A stretch of DNA of 42,001 nucleotides, taken from Candidatus Thiothrix namsaraevi (GTDB lineage: Bacteria; Pseudomonadota; Gammaproteobacteria; Thiotrichales; Thiotrichaceae). The notes beneath the pieces are model-generated. The model searched no databases. It saw nothing but the letters and a program-made list of their open reading frames with translations, and was not told where the DNA came from. Position numbers and translations under genes: made by a program. The stretch lies in assembly GCA_040415395.1 (NCBI GenBank), contig JBEUIR010000001.1:1-42001 (forward strand), written 5' to 3'. Numbering within the stretch: the first letter of the stretch is position 1; each line of letters starts with the position of its first letter. Shown one piece after another: positions 5,936-14,985 of the stretch.

Positions 5936-7231
5936 ATGGCAACGAATAATTATCCAACACCTATGCTGGATGTGCTGGAAGAAGGCCCATGGCCTAGCTT
6001 CATCACTGGTTTCAAGAAACTGCGCGATGAGCATCCAGATGAGCGCATCCGCAATGTGATCAATGGCCTGATGGGTCAGTTGGAGCATTCTTACGAAACC
6101 AAAATGGGCTACTGGAAAGGTGGTACCATTTCTGTCTTCGGTTACGGCGGCGGCATTATCCCGCGCTTCTCTGAAGTCGGTCACATGTTCCCGGAATCCA
6201 AAGAATTCCACACGCTGCGTGTACAGCCGCCTGCTGGCAACTACTACACCACTGATATGCTGCGCCAATTGGCTGATAGCTGGGAAAAGTGGGGTTCTGG
6301 TTTGCAGACCTTCCACGGTCAAACCGGTAACATCATGTTCATCGGTGCGAACAGCGTTAACTTCCAGCACTTCTTTGATGAAATCAACGAATACGGTTGG
6401 GACTTGGGTGGTGCAGGCCCTTGCGTGCGTACCGGTATGTCTTGCGTCGGTGCAGCACGTTGCGAAATGTCTAACTGTAACGAACACGCGATCCATCGCC
6501 GTCTGATGAATAACTTCACGGATGACGTGCATCGCCCGGCTCTGCCTTACAAGTTCAAGTTCAAGGTTTCTGGTTGCCCTAACGATTGCCAGAACGCGAT
6601 TGAGCGTGCGGACTTTGCTGTTATCGGTACTTGGCGTGATGAGATGAAGGTCAACCAAGAAGCCGTTAAAGAAATGATCATGAAAAAAGCCAAGGAAATT
6701 GGCAAAGAAGGTGATCGTTCTGCGGGTCGTCAATACATGTTCGATAACGTGATTAGCCGTTGCCCAACGCAGGCTATCAAGCTGAACGACGACGACACCA
6801 TTACCGTTGATAACAGCAACTGTGTACGTTGTATGCACTGCCTGAACGTTATGCCAAAAGCACTGCAAGTCGGCGACGACAAAGGCGTAACCATCCTGAT
6901 CGGCGGTAAGCGTACCCTGAAAATCGGTGACTTGATGGGTACAGTCGTTATCCCATTCATGAAGCTGGATAACGAAGAAGATTATGAGCGCATTGTTGAG
7001 TTGGCTGCTTCCATCATCGACTTCTGGGCTGAAAATGGTCTGGAACATGAGCGTTGCGGTGAGATGATCGAACGTATCGGTCTGGTGAACTTCTTGGAAG
7101 GCATCGGTATCGACCCGGATCCAAACATGATCAAACAGCCGCGTAACGTTTCTTACGTGCGTACTGATGGTTGGGACGAAGCTGCTGAAGCTTGGTTCAA
7201 CCGCAAGCGTGAAGAAAAAGCAGCGGCGTAA
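5936..7231 (+). CDS. dsrA: Reverse-type dissimilatory sulfite reductase alpha subunit
   Basis: TPMLD.LE.GPWPSF, WKGG...VFGYGGG.I.R, CVG.ARCE, YKFKFKVSGCPNDC, CVRCMHCLN, ER.GE.IER. SD GAGGAGG. Confidence 0.98.
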   Translation: MATNNYPTPMLDVLEEGPWPSFITGFKKLRDEHPDERIRNVINGLMGQLEHSYETKMGYWKGGTISVFGYGGGIIPRFSEVGHMFPESKEFHTLRVQPPAGNYYTTDMLRQLADSWEKWGSGLQTFHGQTGNIMFIGANSVNFQHFFDEINEYGWDLGGAGPCVRTGMSCVGAARCEMSNCNEHAIHRRLMNNFTDDVHRPALPYKFKFKVSGCPNDCQNAIERADFAVIGTWRDEMKVNQEAVKEMIMKKAKEIGKEGDRSAGRQYMFDNVISRCPTQAIKLNDDDTITVDNSNCVRCMHCLNVMPKALQVGDDKGVTILIGGKRTLKIGDLMGTVVIPFMKLDNEEDYERIVELAASIIDFWAENGLEHERCGEMIERIGLVNFLEGIGIDPDPNMIKQPRNVSYVRTDGWDEAAEAWFNRKREEKAAA

Positions 7232-7242
7232 TACCGCACTTC

Positions 7243-7272
7243 CAACTGGGGCAGGCTGGCTTGCCTCAGTTG
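7243..7272 (+). other. Intercistronic stem-loop between dsrA and dsrB (no U tail)
   Basis: CAACTGGGGCAGG-CTGG-CTTGCCTCAGTTG, 13 bp including two G-U pairs. Confidence 0.7.
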
Positions 7273-7318
7273 TCTGATACTTAACGAATTTTGAGTTTAC
7301 TCTGACGGAGGCTTCGCA

Positions 7319-8395
7319 ATGGCCGCACCAGAAATGCGCGATCCTATTGAATCTGGATGCCCGGACGGTTTCCAGTACATGCACCCTGTTATGCGCCGCA
7401 ACTACGGTTTGTGGGCATATCATGAAGACCCACGCCCAGGCGTTTTGGTTCACGTTTCCAAAACTGGCGAAAAGATTTGGACAGTTCGTGCCGGTACTCA
7501 ACGTATCCTCGACGTGTTCACGCTGCGCAAGCTGATGGACATCGGTGATACTTATGGTGATGGTTATGTCCATTTCACTATTCGTTCCAACATCGAATTC
7601 CAGATTGCTGACGGCGCGAAAGTAGAGCCACTGGTAAAAGCATTGGAAGATGCGGGTTTCCCAGTCGGTGGTACTCGTAACTCCGTGACTTCACTGTCTC
7701 ATACTCAAGGCTGGTTGCACTGCGACATTCCGGGTACTGACGCATCCGGTGTGGTTAAATCCATGATGGATGAGTTGCTGCCTGAGTTTAAAGCATGGAA
7801 CATGCCTAACCGCGTTCATATCACCACGTCTTGCTGCCAGATCAACTGCGGCGGTCAAGGTGACATCGCGATCAACGTCCAGCACGTTAAGCCACCAAAA
7901 ATCAACCACTCGCTGGTTGGTAATGTGTGCGAACGTCCTACCGTTGTAGCCCGTTGCCCAGTAGCGGCTATCCGCCCTGCTATGGTTGACGGCAAGCCTT
8001 CCTTGGAAGTTGATGAGAAGAAGTGCATTTGCTGTGGTGCTTGCTATCCGCCATGCCCACCTATGCAAATCAACGACCACCAGTACACCCAATTGGCTAT
8101 CTGGATCGGTGGTAATCACTCCAATGCACGTGGCAAGCCTACTTTCCAACGTTTGGTGGCAGCGGGTATCCCGAACAACCCACCACGTTGGCCTGAAGCG
8201 ACCGCGATCGTTAAGAAGATTCTGGAATGCTACAAAGCAGGTGCGAAAGACTGGGAGCGTATCAACGAGTGGGTTGAGCGCATCGGCTGGCCGCGTTTCT
8301 TTGAAGTGACTGGTTTGCCATTCACGAAGTACCACATCGACAACTGGCGTGGTGCGCGTGCGAACCTGAACTCTTCAACGCACATCCGCTTCTGA
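7319..8395 (+). CDS. dsrB: Reverse-type dissimilatory sulfite reductase beta subunit
   Basis: HTQGWLHCDIP, TSCCQINCGG, CERP...ARCP, CICCGACYPPCP, PNNPPRWPE, ERIGWPRFF. Confidence 0.98.
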   Translation: MAAPEMRDPIESGCPDGFQYMHPVMRRNYGLWAYHEDPRPGVLVHVSKTGEKIWTVRAGTQRILDVFTLRKLMDIGDTYGDGYVHFTIRSNIEFQIADGAKVEPLVKALEDAGFPVGGTRNSVTSLSHTQGWLHCDIPGTDASGVVKSMMDELLPEFKAWNMPNRVHITTSCCQINCGGQGDIAINVQHVKPPKINHSLVGNVCERPTVVARCPVAAIRPAMVDGKPSLEVDEKKCICCGACYPPCPPMQINDHQYTQLAIWIGGNHSNARGKPTFQRLVAAGIPNNPPRWPEATAIVKKILECYKAGAKDWERINEWVERIGWPRFFEVTGLPFTKYHIDNWRGARANLNSSTHIRF

Positions 8396-8423
8396 TCGAC
8401 AACGGTACGAGGAATAGCACGGA

Positions 8424-8816
8424 ATGAAATACACAATTATGGTTAACGAAGGCCCGTATCAGCACCAATCTGCTGATACTGCCTTGCAGTTCACCCGTGC
8501 CGCGCTGGAGAAGGGACACGAGATTTTCCGTGTGTTCTTCTACCACGACGGCGTAAATAACGGCACACGCCTGAGTGTTCCACCGGCTGATGACCGTCTG
8601 ATCCAGAAATCTTGGTCAGAATTGGCTGAAAAGCACGGCTTGGATTTGGTTATCTGTATTGCAGCGGCACAACGCCGTGGCTTGATGGATGCCGATGAAG
8701 CCAAACGTCAAGGTCTGGACGCTAACAACATTGCCCCCGGTTTCCGTATTTCGGGCTTGGGTCAGTTGGTTGAAGGCGGTATCCAGTCTGATCGTTTAGT
8801 CGTGTTTGGCGATTAA
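8424..8816 (+). CDS. dsrE: Sulfurtransferase DsrE (TusD family)
   Basis: EGPY, VFFYHDGV, active Cys in VICIAAAQRRG, GFRISGLGQL. Confidence 0.96.
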   Translation: MKYTIMVNEGPYQHQSADTALQFTRAALEKGHEIFRVFFYHDGVNNGTRLSVPPADDRLIQKSWSELAEKHGLDLVICIAAAQRRGLMDADEAKRQGLDANNIAPGFRISGLGQLVEGGIQSDRLVVFGD

Positions 8817-8829
8817 GGAGCTGAAGAAA

Positions 8830-9234
8830 ATGTCTACAAAGAATTTTTTGTTTGTCAATCGTAAAGCTCCTTACGGCACAGTCTACGCACTGGAGGCGTT
8901 GGAAGTCGTGCTGATTTCCGCTGCGTTTGAGCAAAACGTTAGTTTGGCATTCATCGACGACGGTGTTTACCAAATTACCAAAGGCCAAAACAGCAAAGAA
9001 ACCGGCATGAAGAATTTCTCGCCGACTTTCCGCGCATTGGGTGATTACGACATTACCAAGTTGTATGTCTCTACCGAGTCTTTGGCAGAACGTGGTCTGA
9101 CGGTTGATGACCTGATGGAACTCACTTACGAAGATGCTGACGACGATTACGCTGAAAAGCCTTCCATTATTCTGGTCAACCGCGAGGAAATGACTGCAAT
9201 GATGGCAGAGCAAGAAGTGATTTTGAGCTTCTAA
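8830..9234 (+). CDS. dsrF: DsrF (TusC family)
   Basis: RKAPYGT..A.EALE, F.DDGVYQ..KGQ, ESL.ERGL. ATG 8830 after SD AAGGAG. Confidence 0.95.
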   Translation: MSTKNFLFVNRKAPYGTVYALEALEVVLISAAFEQNVSLAFIDDGVYQITKGQNSKETGMKNFSPTFRALGDYDITKLYVSTESLAERGLTVDDLMELTYEDADDDYAEKPSIILVNREEMTAMMAEQEVILSF

Positions 9235-9248
9235 CGGAGGATTTGAAC

Positions 9249-9554
9249 ATGTCTATGTTACATATTGTCAATAAGTCCCCGTTTGAACGTGTGGCTTTTG
9301 AGAGCTGCTTGGCTCATGCCAAGGCAGGTGATTCGATCCTGATGATTGAAGATGCCGTGGTTGGTGCAGTCGACGGGTCAAGCTTTTCTGGTAAAGTAAA
9401 GGCTGCGATGTCTGATAAGACGGTGTATGTGTTGGGTGCAGACCTAGCGGCACGCGGTTTGGAAGGCAAAGCAATAGACGGGATTGTGAGCGTTGATTAC
9501 GCGGGTTTTGTAGACCTGACGACAAATAACGACACCACCCAAAGCTGGCTGTAA
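9249..9554 (+). CDS. dsrH: DsrH (TusB family)
   Basis: MLHIVNKSPF, SCL, IEDAV, DL.ARG, VDY.GFVDL, QSWL. SD GGAGG. Confidence 0.95.
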   Translation: MSMLHIVNKSPFERVAFESCLAHAKAGDSILMIEDAVVGAVDGSSFSGKVKAAMSDKTVYVLGADLAARGLEGKAIDGIVSVDYAGFVDLTTNNDTTQSWL

Positions 9555-9585
9555 GTTTTAACATTTTTTGACAGGAGGCCACACA

Positions 9586-9921
9586 ATGGCATCAATTAAC
9601 GTTGGCGGTAAAGAGATCGCGCTGGACGAAGAAGGCTATCTGGAAAACCTGAGCGACTGGACTCCAGAAGTGGCAGAAGTTCTGGCTAATGGCGAAGACG
9701 TAACCCTGACTAGCGAACACTGGGAAATCCTGAATTTCCTGCGTGAATACTATGAAGAGTACCAAATTGCTCCAGCAGTGCGCGTTCTGACTAAAGCAGT
9801 TGGTAAGCGTTTGGGTGCTGACAAAGGTAACTCCAAGTATCTGTACAGCCTGTTCCCATACGGCCCTGGCAAGCAAGCTTGTAAATACGGCGGTCTGCCT
9901 AAGCCAACGGGTTGCGTATAA
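9586..9921 (+). CDS. dsrC: Sulfur carrier DsrC with both conserved C-terminal cysteines
   Basis: DEEGYL..L.DW, HWE...FLR.YY, LFPYGPGKQACKYGGLPKPTGCV. SD AGGAGG. Confidence 0.97.
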   Translation: MASINVGGKEIALDEEGYLENLSDWTPEVAEVLANGEDVTLTSEHWEILNFLREYYEEYQIAPAVRVLTKAVGKRLGADKGNSKYLYSLFPYGPGKQACKYGGLPKPTGCV

Positions 9922-9925
9922 TGTC

Positions 9926-9953
9926 GTAGGGGCGGTTCATGAACCGCCCGTAC
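9926..9953. repeat. GTAG-type REP palindrome downstream of dsrC
   Basis: GTAGGGGCGGTTCATGAACCGCCCGTAC, a 28-bp near-perfect palindrome starting with GTAG. Confidence 0.75.
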
Positions 9954-10070
9954 AGAGCATATATATACCGTTGGTGTATGAAAGAGTTGCTCCGGCTCGC
10001 CGGAGCCTCTTCTTAAGCCCTGTTGTTGACAGGTTTTCAGAAGAGAGACTAATGACTTCAGGAGTACGCA

Positions 10071-10841
10071 GTGACATTCGTAAGTATTCTTTACGGACTG
10101 TTGTTTTGGGCGGCAACGTTAATTTTGATTGGCGGTGTGGCTATGAAGGTCCGCCAGTATTGGAACACCCCAGCCCCATTGAAGATTCCGACCACACCCG
10201 CACCGGTTACGCAGGGCGGTGTTGTATGGCGCATGTTCCGTGAAGTGGTGTTTTTTCAGAGTTTGTTCCGTTCCAACAAAACTTTGTGGTTGTTTGCGTT
10301 CCTGTTCCACATTTCCTTGTGGTTGGTGCTGATCCGCCATACCCGTTATTTCATGGAAATGGGGGCAGTGCTAACGTTCCTGCAACCGTTTGGGAAGTAT
10401 GCTGGTTTCACGATGGTGTTGGGTCTGGCAGGTTTGTGGGCGCGTCGCTTCCTTGTGGATCGTGTGCGTTACATTTCCGCGCCTTCTGACCATTTGATGT
10501 TGGCATTGCTGATTGCCATTGGTGGCAGCGGTTTACTAATGACCTTTGTAACCCATACGGATGTCACTCAGGTTAAAGCATTCTTCGGTGGTTTATTGAC
10601 CTTCGGTTTCTTTGGTGACGCAGGCGGCTTGCCAGCCGATCCGATTGTATTGGTGCATTTGTTGTTAGTGGCATTGCTAATGATCATTTTCCCGATCAGT
10701 AAGTTAATGCACGCTCCGGGTATCTTTTTCAGCCCGACTCGTAACCAAGTGGATAACCCGCGTGAAAAACGCCATGTATCCGGCTGGGCATTGGAATTGG
10801 AACGTCAAGGTAAAAACTACCTCGACGAACTGAAGAAATAA
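10071..10841 (+). CDS. dsrM: DsrM, NarI-like membrane b-type cytochrome
   Basis: GTG start; TM helices with His ligands (FH, RH, VH, MH); RVRYIS.PSD; PISKLMHAPGIFFSPTRNQ. Confidence 0.95.
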   Translation: MTFVSILYGLLFWAATLILIGGVAMKVRQYWNTPAPLKIPTTPAPVTQGGVVWRMFREVVFFQSLFRSNKTLWLFAFLFHISLWLVLIRHTRYFMEMGAVLTFLQPFGKYAGFTMVLGLAGLWARRFLVDRVRYISAPSDHLMLALLIAIGGSGLLMTFVTHTDVTQVKAFFGGLLTFGFFGDAGGLPADPIVLVHLLLVALLMIIFPISKLMHAPGIFFSPTRNQVDNPREKRHVSGWALELERQGKNYLDELKK

Positions 10842-10854
10842 TGAGGTAAGCATC

Positions 10855-12411
10855 GTGGCTGATTACGAAGTTCCAAAATTGACGGGTGAAGGGTATTGCG
10901 AGATTCCCGCAGTACGCGAAGGCGTGATGGAGAGCAAAGGCCCTTTCATCGCTAAGCCAGATTTTCAGTCGGCCTTGCATTTTCCGGCGGATTTTGATGC
11001 AGCAGGGTCATTAGTACCCAACTGGAAAGAACGTGCCCTCGACAAAATGGCTGATTTGAAAGGTCGTTACCGTTCGCTGCAAGTGTTCTTGGATATTTGC
11101 GTCAAATGTGGCGCGTGTACTGACAAGTGTCATTACTTCATTGGAACATCTGATGCGAAAAACATGCCCGTGGCGCGTCAGGACTTGTTGCGTAAAGTTT
11201 ATCGCCGTTACTTCACGTTTGCGGGTAAATATTTCCCCAAACTGGTCGGTGCAACTGACCTGACCGAAGAAGTGTTGGCAGACTGGTATAACTATTATCA
11301 CCAGTGTTCTCAGTGCCGTCGTTGTTCCGTGTTTTGCCCTTACGGCATTGATACGGCCGAAATTTCAATGGCAGCGCGTGAAATTCTTGATCATGTTGGT
11401 TACGGTCAAAAGTATTGCAACGAGATTATCGGCAAGGTCTTTAAGATCGGTAATAATCTCGGTCTGCCAGGCCCGGCATTGTTCGATACAGTGGAGGGTT
11501 TGGAAGAAGACGTTGAGATGGATACCGGCATTAAAGTCCGTTTCCCGCTCGACGAAGACGGCGCGGAAGTGTTGTTGGTAACGCCGTCAGCAGACTTCTT
11601 TGCCGAACCGCATATCGACGGTTTGATCGGTTACGCGAAAGTGTTCCACGAAACTGGCGTGACTTGGACGATGAGTACCATTGCGTCAGAAGCGGGTAAC
11701 TTCGGCATGTTCATTGGCTCTTACGAGACCATGCGCAGGGTTTCTTTGCGGGTTCGAGAAGCCGCGATCAAGCACAAAGTTAAGCGCATTGTGTTCGGCG
11801 AATGTGGTCATGCATGGCGGGTAGCTTACAGCTTCCTGAATACCTTGGCTGGGCCGTTTGATTTCTTGGATCAGCGTTACCCTGTGCCACAACACATTCT
11901 GGAGTTCACTTGGAGCCAAATTCAAGCCGGTAACTTGCAGATTGATAAGACTGAGAATGACGACAAAGTCTTGACCTTCCACGACTCGTGCAATGTAGCG
12001 CGTGGTAGCCGCATGGGTGATTACCCCGGTGGTCAGTTCGACATTCCGCGTAACGTTATTCGTGCGGTATGTAACAACTTTGTGGACATGCCAGCCGATA
12101 CCATCCATGACGCGACTTTCTGTTGCGGTGGTGGCGGCGGTTTGCTGACTGATGACTTGATGGAAATCCGTGTGAAAGGTATTCAGCCGCGTGCAGAAGC
12201 CCTCAAGCATGTCACCACGCACAATGGTGTGACGCACATGGCTGCGATTTGCGCGATTTGCAAATCACAATTTACGAAAGTGTTGCCGTATTACGGTTTC
12301 ACGATGGATCAAATTGTTAGTGTTCACCAGTTGGTGAGTAACGCGCTTGTCCTGCAACGGCAAGTGTCCGTGCAGGCACGTCCCGACGATGAAGACGGCG
12401 ACGAAGACTAA
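10855..12411 (+). CDS. dsrK: DsrK, HdrD-like Fe-S catalytic subunit
   Basis: CVKCGACTDKC, CSQCRRCSVFCP, GECGH.WR, HDSCN..R, CCGGGGG, CAIC. Confidence 0.97.
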   Translation: MADYEVPKLTGEGYCEIPAVREGVMESKGPFIAKPDFQSALHFPADFDAAGSLVPNWKERALDKMADLKGRYRSLQVFLDICVKCGACTDKCHYFIGTSDAKNMPVARQDLLRKVYRRYFTFAGKYFPKLVGATDLTEEVLADWYNYYHQCSQCRRCSVFCPYGIDTAEISMAAREILDHVGYGQKYCNEIIGKVFKIGNNLGLPGPALFDTVEGLEEDVEMDTGIKVRFPLDEDGAEVLLVTPSADFFAEPHIDGLIGYAKVFHETGVTWTMSTIASEAGNFGMFIGSYETMRRVSLRVREAAIKHKVKRIVFGECGHAWRVAYSFLNTLAGPFDFLDQRYPVPQHILEFTWSQIQAGNLQIDKTENDDKVLTFHDSCNVARGSRMGDYPGGQFDIPRNVIRAVCNNFVDMPADTIHDATFCCGGGGGLLTDDLMEIRVKGIQPRAEALKHVTTHNGVTHMAAICAICKSQFTKVLPYYGFTMDQIVSVHQLVSNALVLQRQVSVQARPDDEDGDED

Positions 12412-12472
12412 TTACGACATTTATTTCCGCGTGGCATAGCCGCGAGTGGACTGAAATTAACAGGAGATAGGC

Positions 12473-14434
12473 ATGGCAACCGCAGCTCACGACAGCAAGC
12501 TTTTAGGTCAAGGTCACACGTACCGCCGTTTTAAAGATGGCGACAACGAATGGGGCAGTATGCACGACAGTATTTTCGTGCAGGATACAACCCATAAATG
12601 CCCTACCTACATTCACAAAACGCCACCTTGCCAAGGTAGCTGCCCGTCGGGTGAAGACATTCGTGGCTGGTTGCAGATCGTGCGCGGCATTGAAAAGCCC
12701 CCCGTTGGCATGACCATGCAAGAGTATGCATTCCGTCGCTCCACCGATGCTAACCCGTTCCCGTCGATGATGGGTCGTGTTTGCCCGGCTCCTTGTCAAA
12801 CCGGTTGTAACCGTAACGACGTTGACGATTTCGTCGGCATTAATGCGGTCGAGCAATACATCGGCGATAGCGCGATTGCGGCTGGTTTCAAGTTTGATGC
12901 ACCTAGCGAGCTGAGTGGTAAGAAAGTGGCTATCGTTGGCGGTGGGCCAGCGGGTATGGCGGCTGCTTATCAATTACGTCGTATGGGTCATGCGTCTACC
13001 GTGTTTGAACAGCACCCTGAATTGGGCGGCATGATGCGTTACGGTATTCCGGGTTATCGTGTACCACGCGACAAGCTGGGTGCGGAAATGCAACGTATCA
13101 TCGACATGGGTGACATCACGATTAAGTGTAACACCACCGTCGGTAAAGACGTAAGCATCGAGCAACTGGAAAGCGATTTCGACGCAATCCTGTGGACGGT
13201 TGGTTGCTGGAATGGTCGTGGTCTGTTCGTTGATAAGTTTGCAGAAACACCAAACTGCGTGTCTGCGGTTGACTTCCTCGAAGCCTATAATAAAGGCACG
13301 ATGAAATACACCGCACCTCGCGTGGTGTGCGTGGGTGGTGGTGATACCTCCATCGACGTGGTTTCCGTCTCACGCCGTATCGGTACATTGGCGAACTACG
13401 CAGAAAATGCGGAAGATTCCGCGACTGGCAAACTGACTCACGGTGATGTGGGCGAGAAGGCACCTGCAACTGTTACCCTGACTACCTTGTTCCCGCTGGA
13501 TCAAATGACGGCTGCGGAACACGAAGTACAGGACGCGCTGAAAGAAGGCGTGACTATCCTGACGCAAGTGATGCCGAAGGAAATCATTTTCGGTGCTGAC
13601 GGTCGGGCGATTGGTCTGAAGGTTGTCGAGTGCGTGATGAAAGGCAATATGCCGCAAGCGTGCGAAGGTGGCAAAGAAACCATTATCGAAGCGGACATTA
13701 TCGTTTCTGCTATCGGTCAGTTCGGTAAATTGGATGGTATCGAAGCTCTGAACAATGGTCGTAACCAAATCAATGCTGACGCACTGTATCAAGTGCCGGG
13801 CAAGAAAGGTCATTTCGCAGCGGGTGACGCAGTACGTCCTCACTTGTTGACGACGGCTATTGGTCAAGCGTCTATCGCATCTGAAACGATTCATCGTTAC
13901 TTGCTGGCGGAAGAACAAACCAAGCGTCCGAAAGTGGATAAGCACCACTTTGACCTGATGGCAAAACTGCAAGAGGCAGGTTTGGAACCAGCAGGTTATG
14001 AGTCAAGCCGTGCAGAAGACATGCGCGGTACAGACGGTGCGAAATACGCGGTACATAACTACGATGACCGTTCCAAAAACGTGATCGTGCCTTCCAAAGA
14101 TTTGTTCTTGGGACACTTCAATACCGTAGCACGTAACCTGCGTACTGAAGACGTACCAACGGCTGAAGAAGTACTGGGTCACTTTGCAGAGCGTATGAAC
14201 CCATTGCCAGAAGCCGATGCGGTTAACGAAGCCAAGCGTTGCATGAGTTGCGGTATGTGTTTCGAGTGTGACAACTGCGTTATTTACTGCCCGCAAACTG
14301 CCGTTTACCGCGTGCCTAAGAAGCAGGCGACGCTGGGTCGTTATGTTGCAACCGACTACTCCAAATGTATCGGCTGCCATATTTGCGCAGACGTTTGCCC
14401 AACTGGGTACATCGAAATGGGTCTGGGCGAGTAA
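12473..14434 (+). CDS. dsrL: DsrL, NAD(P)H:acceptor oxidoreductase Fe-S flavoprotein
   Basis: PPCQGSCP, GRVCPAPCQ.GCNR, GGGPAG, GGGDT, EAKRCMSCGMCFECDNC, C-terminal ferredoxin CIGCHICADVCP. Confidence 0.96.
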   Translation: MATAAHDSKLLGQGHTYRRFKDGDNEWGSMHDSIFVQDTTHKCPTYIHKTPPCQGSCPSGEDIRGWLQIVRGIEKPPVGMTMQEYAFRRSTDANPFPSMMGRVCPAPCQTGCNRNDVDDFVGINAVEQYIGDSAIAAGFKFDAPSELSGKKVAIVGGGPAGMAAAYQLRRMGHASTVFEQHPELGGMMRYGIPGYRVPRDKLGAEMQRIIDMGDITIKCNTTVGKDVSIEQLESDFDAILWTVGCWNGRGLFVDKFAETPNCVSAVDFLEAYNKGTMKYTAPRVVCVGGGDTSIDVVSVSRRIGTLANYAENAEDSATGKLTHGDVGEKAPATVTLTTLFPLDQMTAAEHEVQDALKEGVTILTQVMPKEIIFGADGRAIGLKVVECVMKGNMPQACEGGKETIIEADIIVSAIGQFGKLDGIEALNNGRNQINADALYQVPGKKGHFAAGDAVRPHLLTTAIGQASIASETIHRYLLAEEQTKRPKVDKHHFDLMAKLQEAGLEPAGYESSRAEDMRGTDGAKYAVHNYDDRSKNVIVPSKDLFLGHFNTVARNLRTEDVPTAEEVLGHFAERMNPLPEADAVNEAKRCMSCGMCFECDNCVIYCPQTAVYRVPKKQATLGRYVATDYSKCIGCHICADVCPTGYIEMGLGE

Positions 14435-14472
14435 TCGTCCTTTCCATGAGTGCAGGCTCGACAGGAATCAGC

Positions 14473-14985
14473 ATGACTAGCAAGTTTTCTAACATCTTTT
14501 TGGCTTCAGTGTTGGCATTAGCCACGCTGTTGTCGGGTTGTGATTCAGCACCAGCAGCGGGGACTAACCTCGAAACAGCTAAGCAAAAAGCTGATCAGTG
14601 TGTTGAACCAACCGACAAAATGCGTAGTAATCACATGAGCATGTTGGATCACCAGCGTGATGCTACGATGATTGAAGGTATTCGTACCAAGCAACACAGC
14701 TTGAACGAGTGCATCAATTGTCACGTTGCGCCGACTAAAGATGACGGTACGCCGTTGCATTACGGTGATGATCAGCATTTTTGTACCACTTGCCATGCGG
14801 CGGTGGGGCAGAAGATTGATTGTTTCCAATGTCATGCTGACCGCCCAGCAGGTGATGAAAATTACCAGCATAAAGTAGGCAGTGCGGATGCACATCACTT
14901 TACCCAAGGTGTTGTCAGTGCTGCTATGCCTACGGCTGCTGAAGTGCAAATGGTGGTTCAACCACAACAAGGAGCTGCGCAATGA
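14473..14985 (+). CDS. dsrJ: DsrJ, triheme c cytochrome (lipoprotein-type signal)
   Basis: CVEP...MR.NHM..L.HQRD; three CxxCH motifs (CINCH, CTTCH, CFQCH); lipobox LSGC. Start is 14473 or possibly 14446. Confidence 0.92.
   Translation: MTSKFSNIFLASVLALATLLSGCDSAPAAGTNLETAKQKADQCVEPTDKMRSNHMSMLDHQRDATMIEGIRTKQHSLNECINCHVAPTKDDGTPLHYGDDQHFCTTCHAAVGQKIDCFQCHADRPAGDENYQHKVGSADAHHFTQGVVSAAMPTAAEVQMVVQPQQGAAQ

Noticed and set aside
5753-7573. 606-aa antisense ORF over dsrA/dsrB
   Set aside because: It is a shadow ORF from the strong codon bias of a highly expressed gene and has no recognisable motifs. The same applies to 33521-34576, 7691-8335 and 31577-32230.
12425-12450. Possible hairpin between dsrK and dsrL
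   Set aside because: The stem is short and bulged, too weak to call without folding or covariation data.
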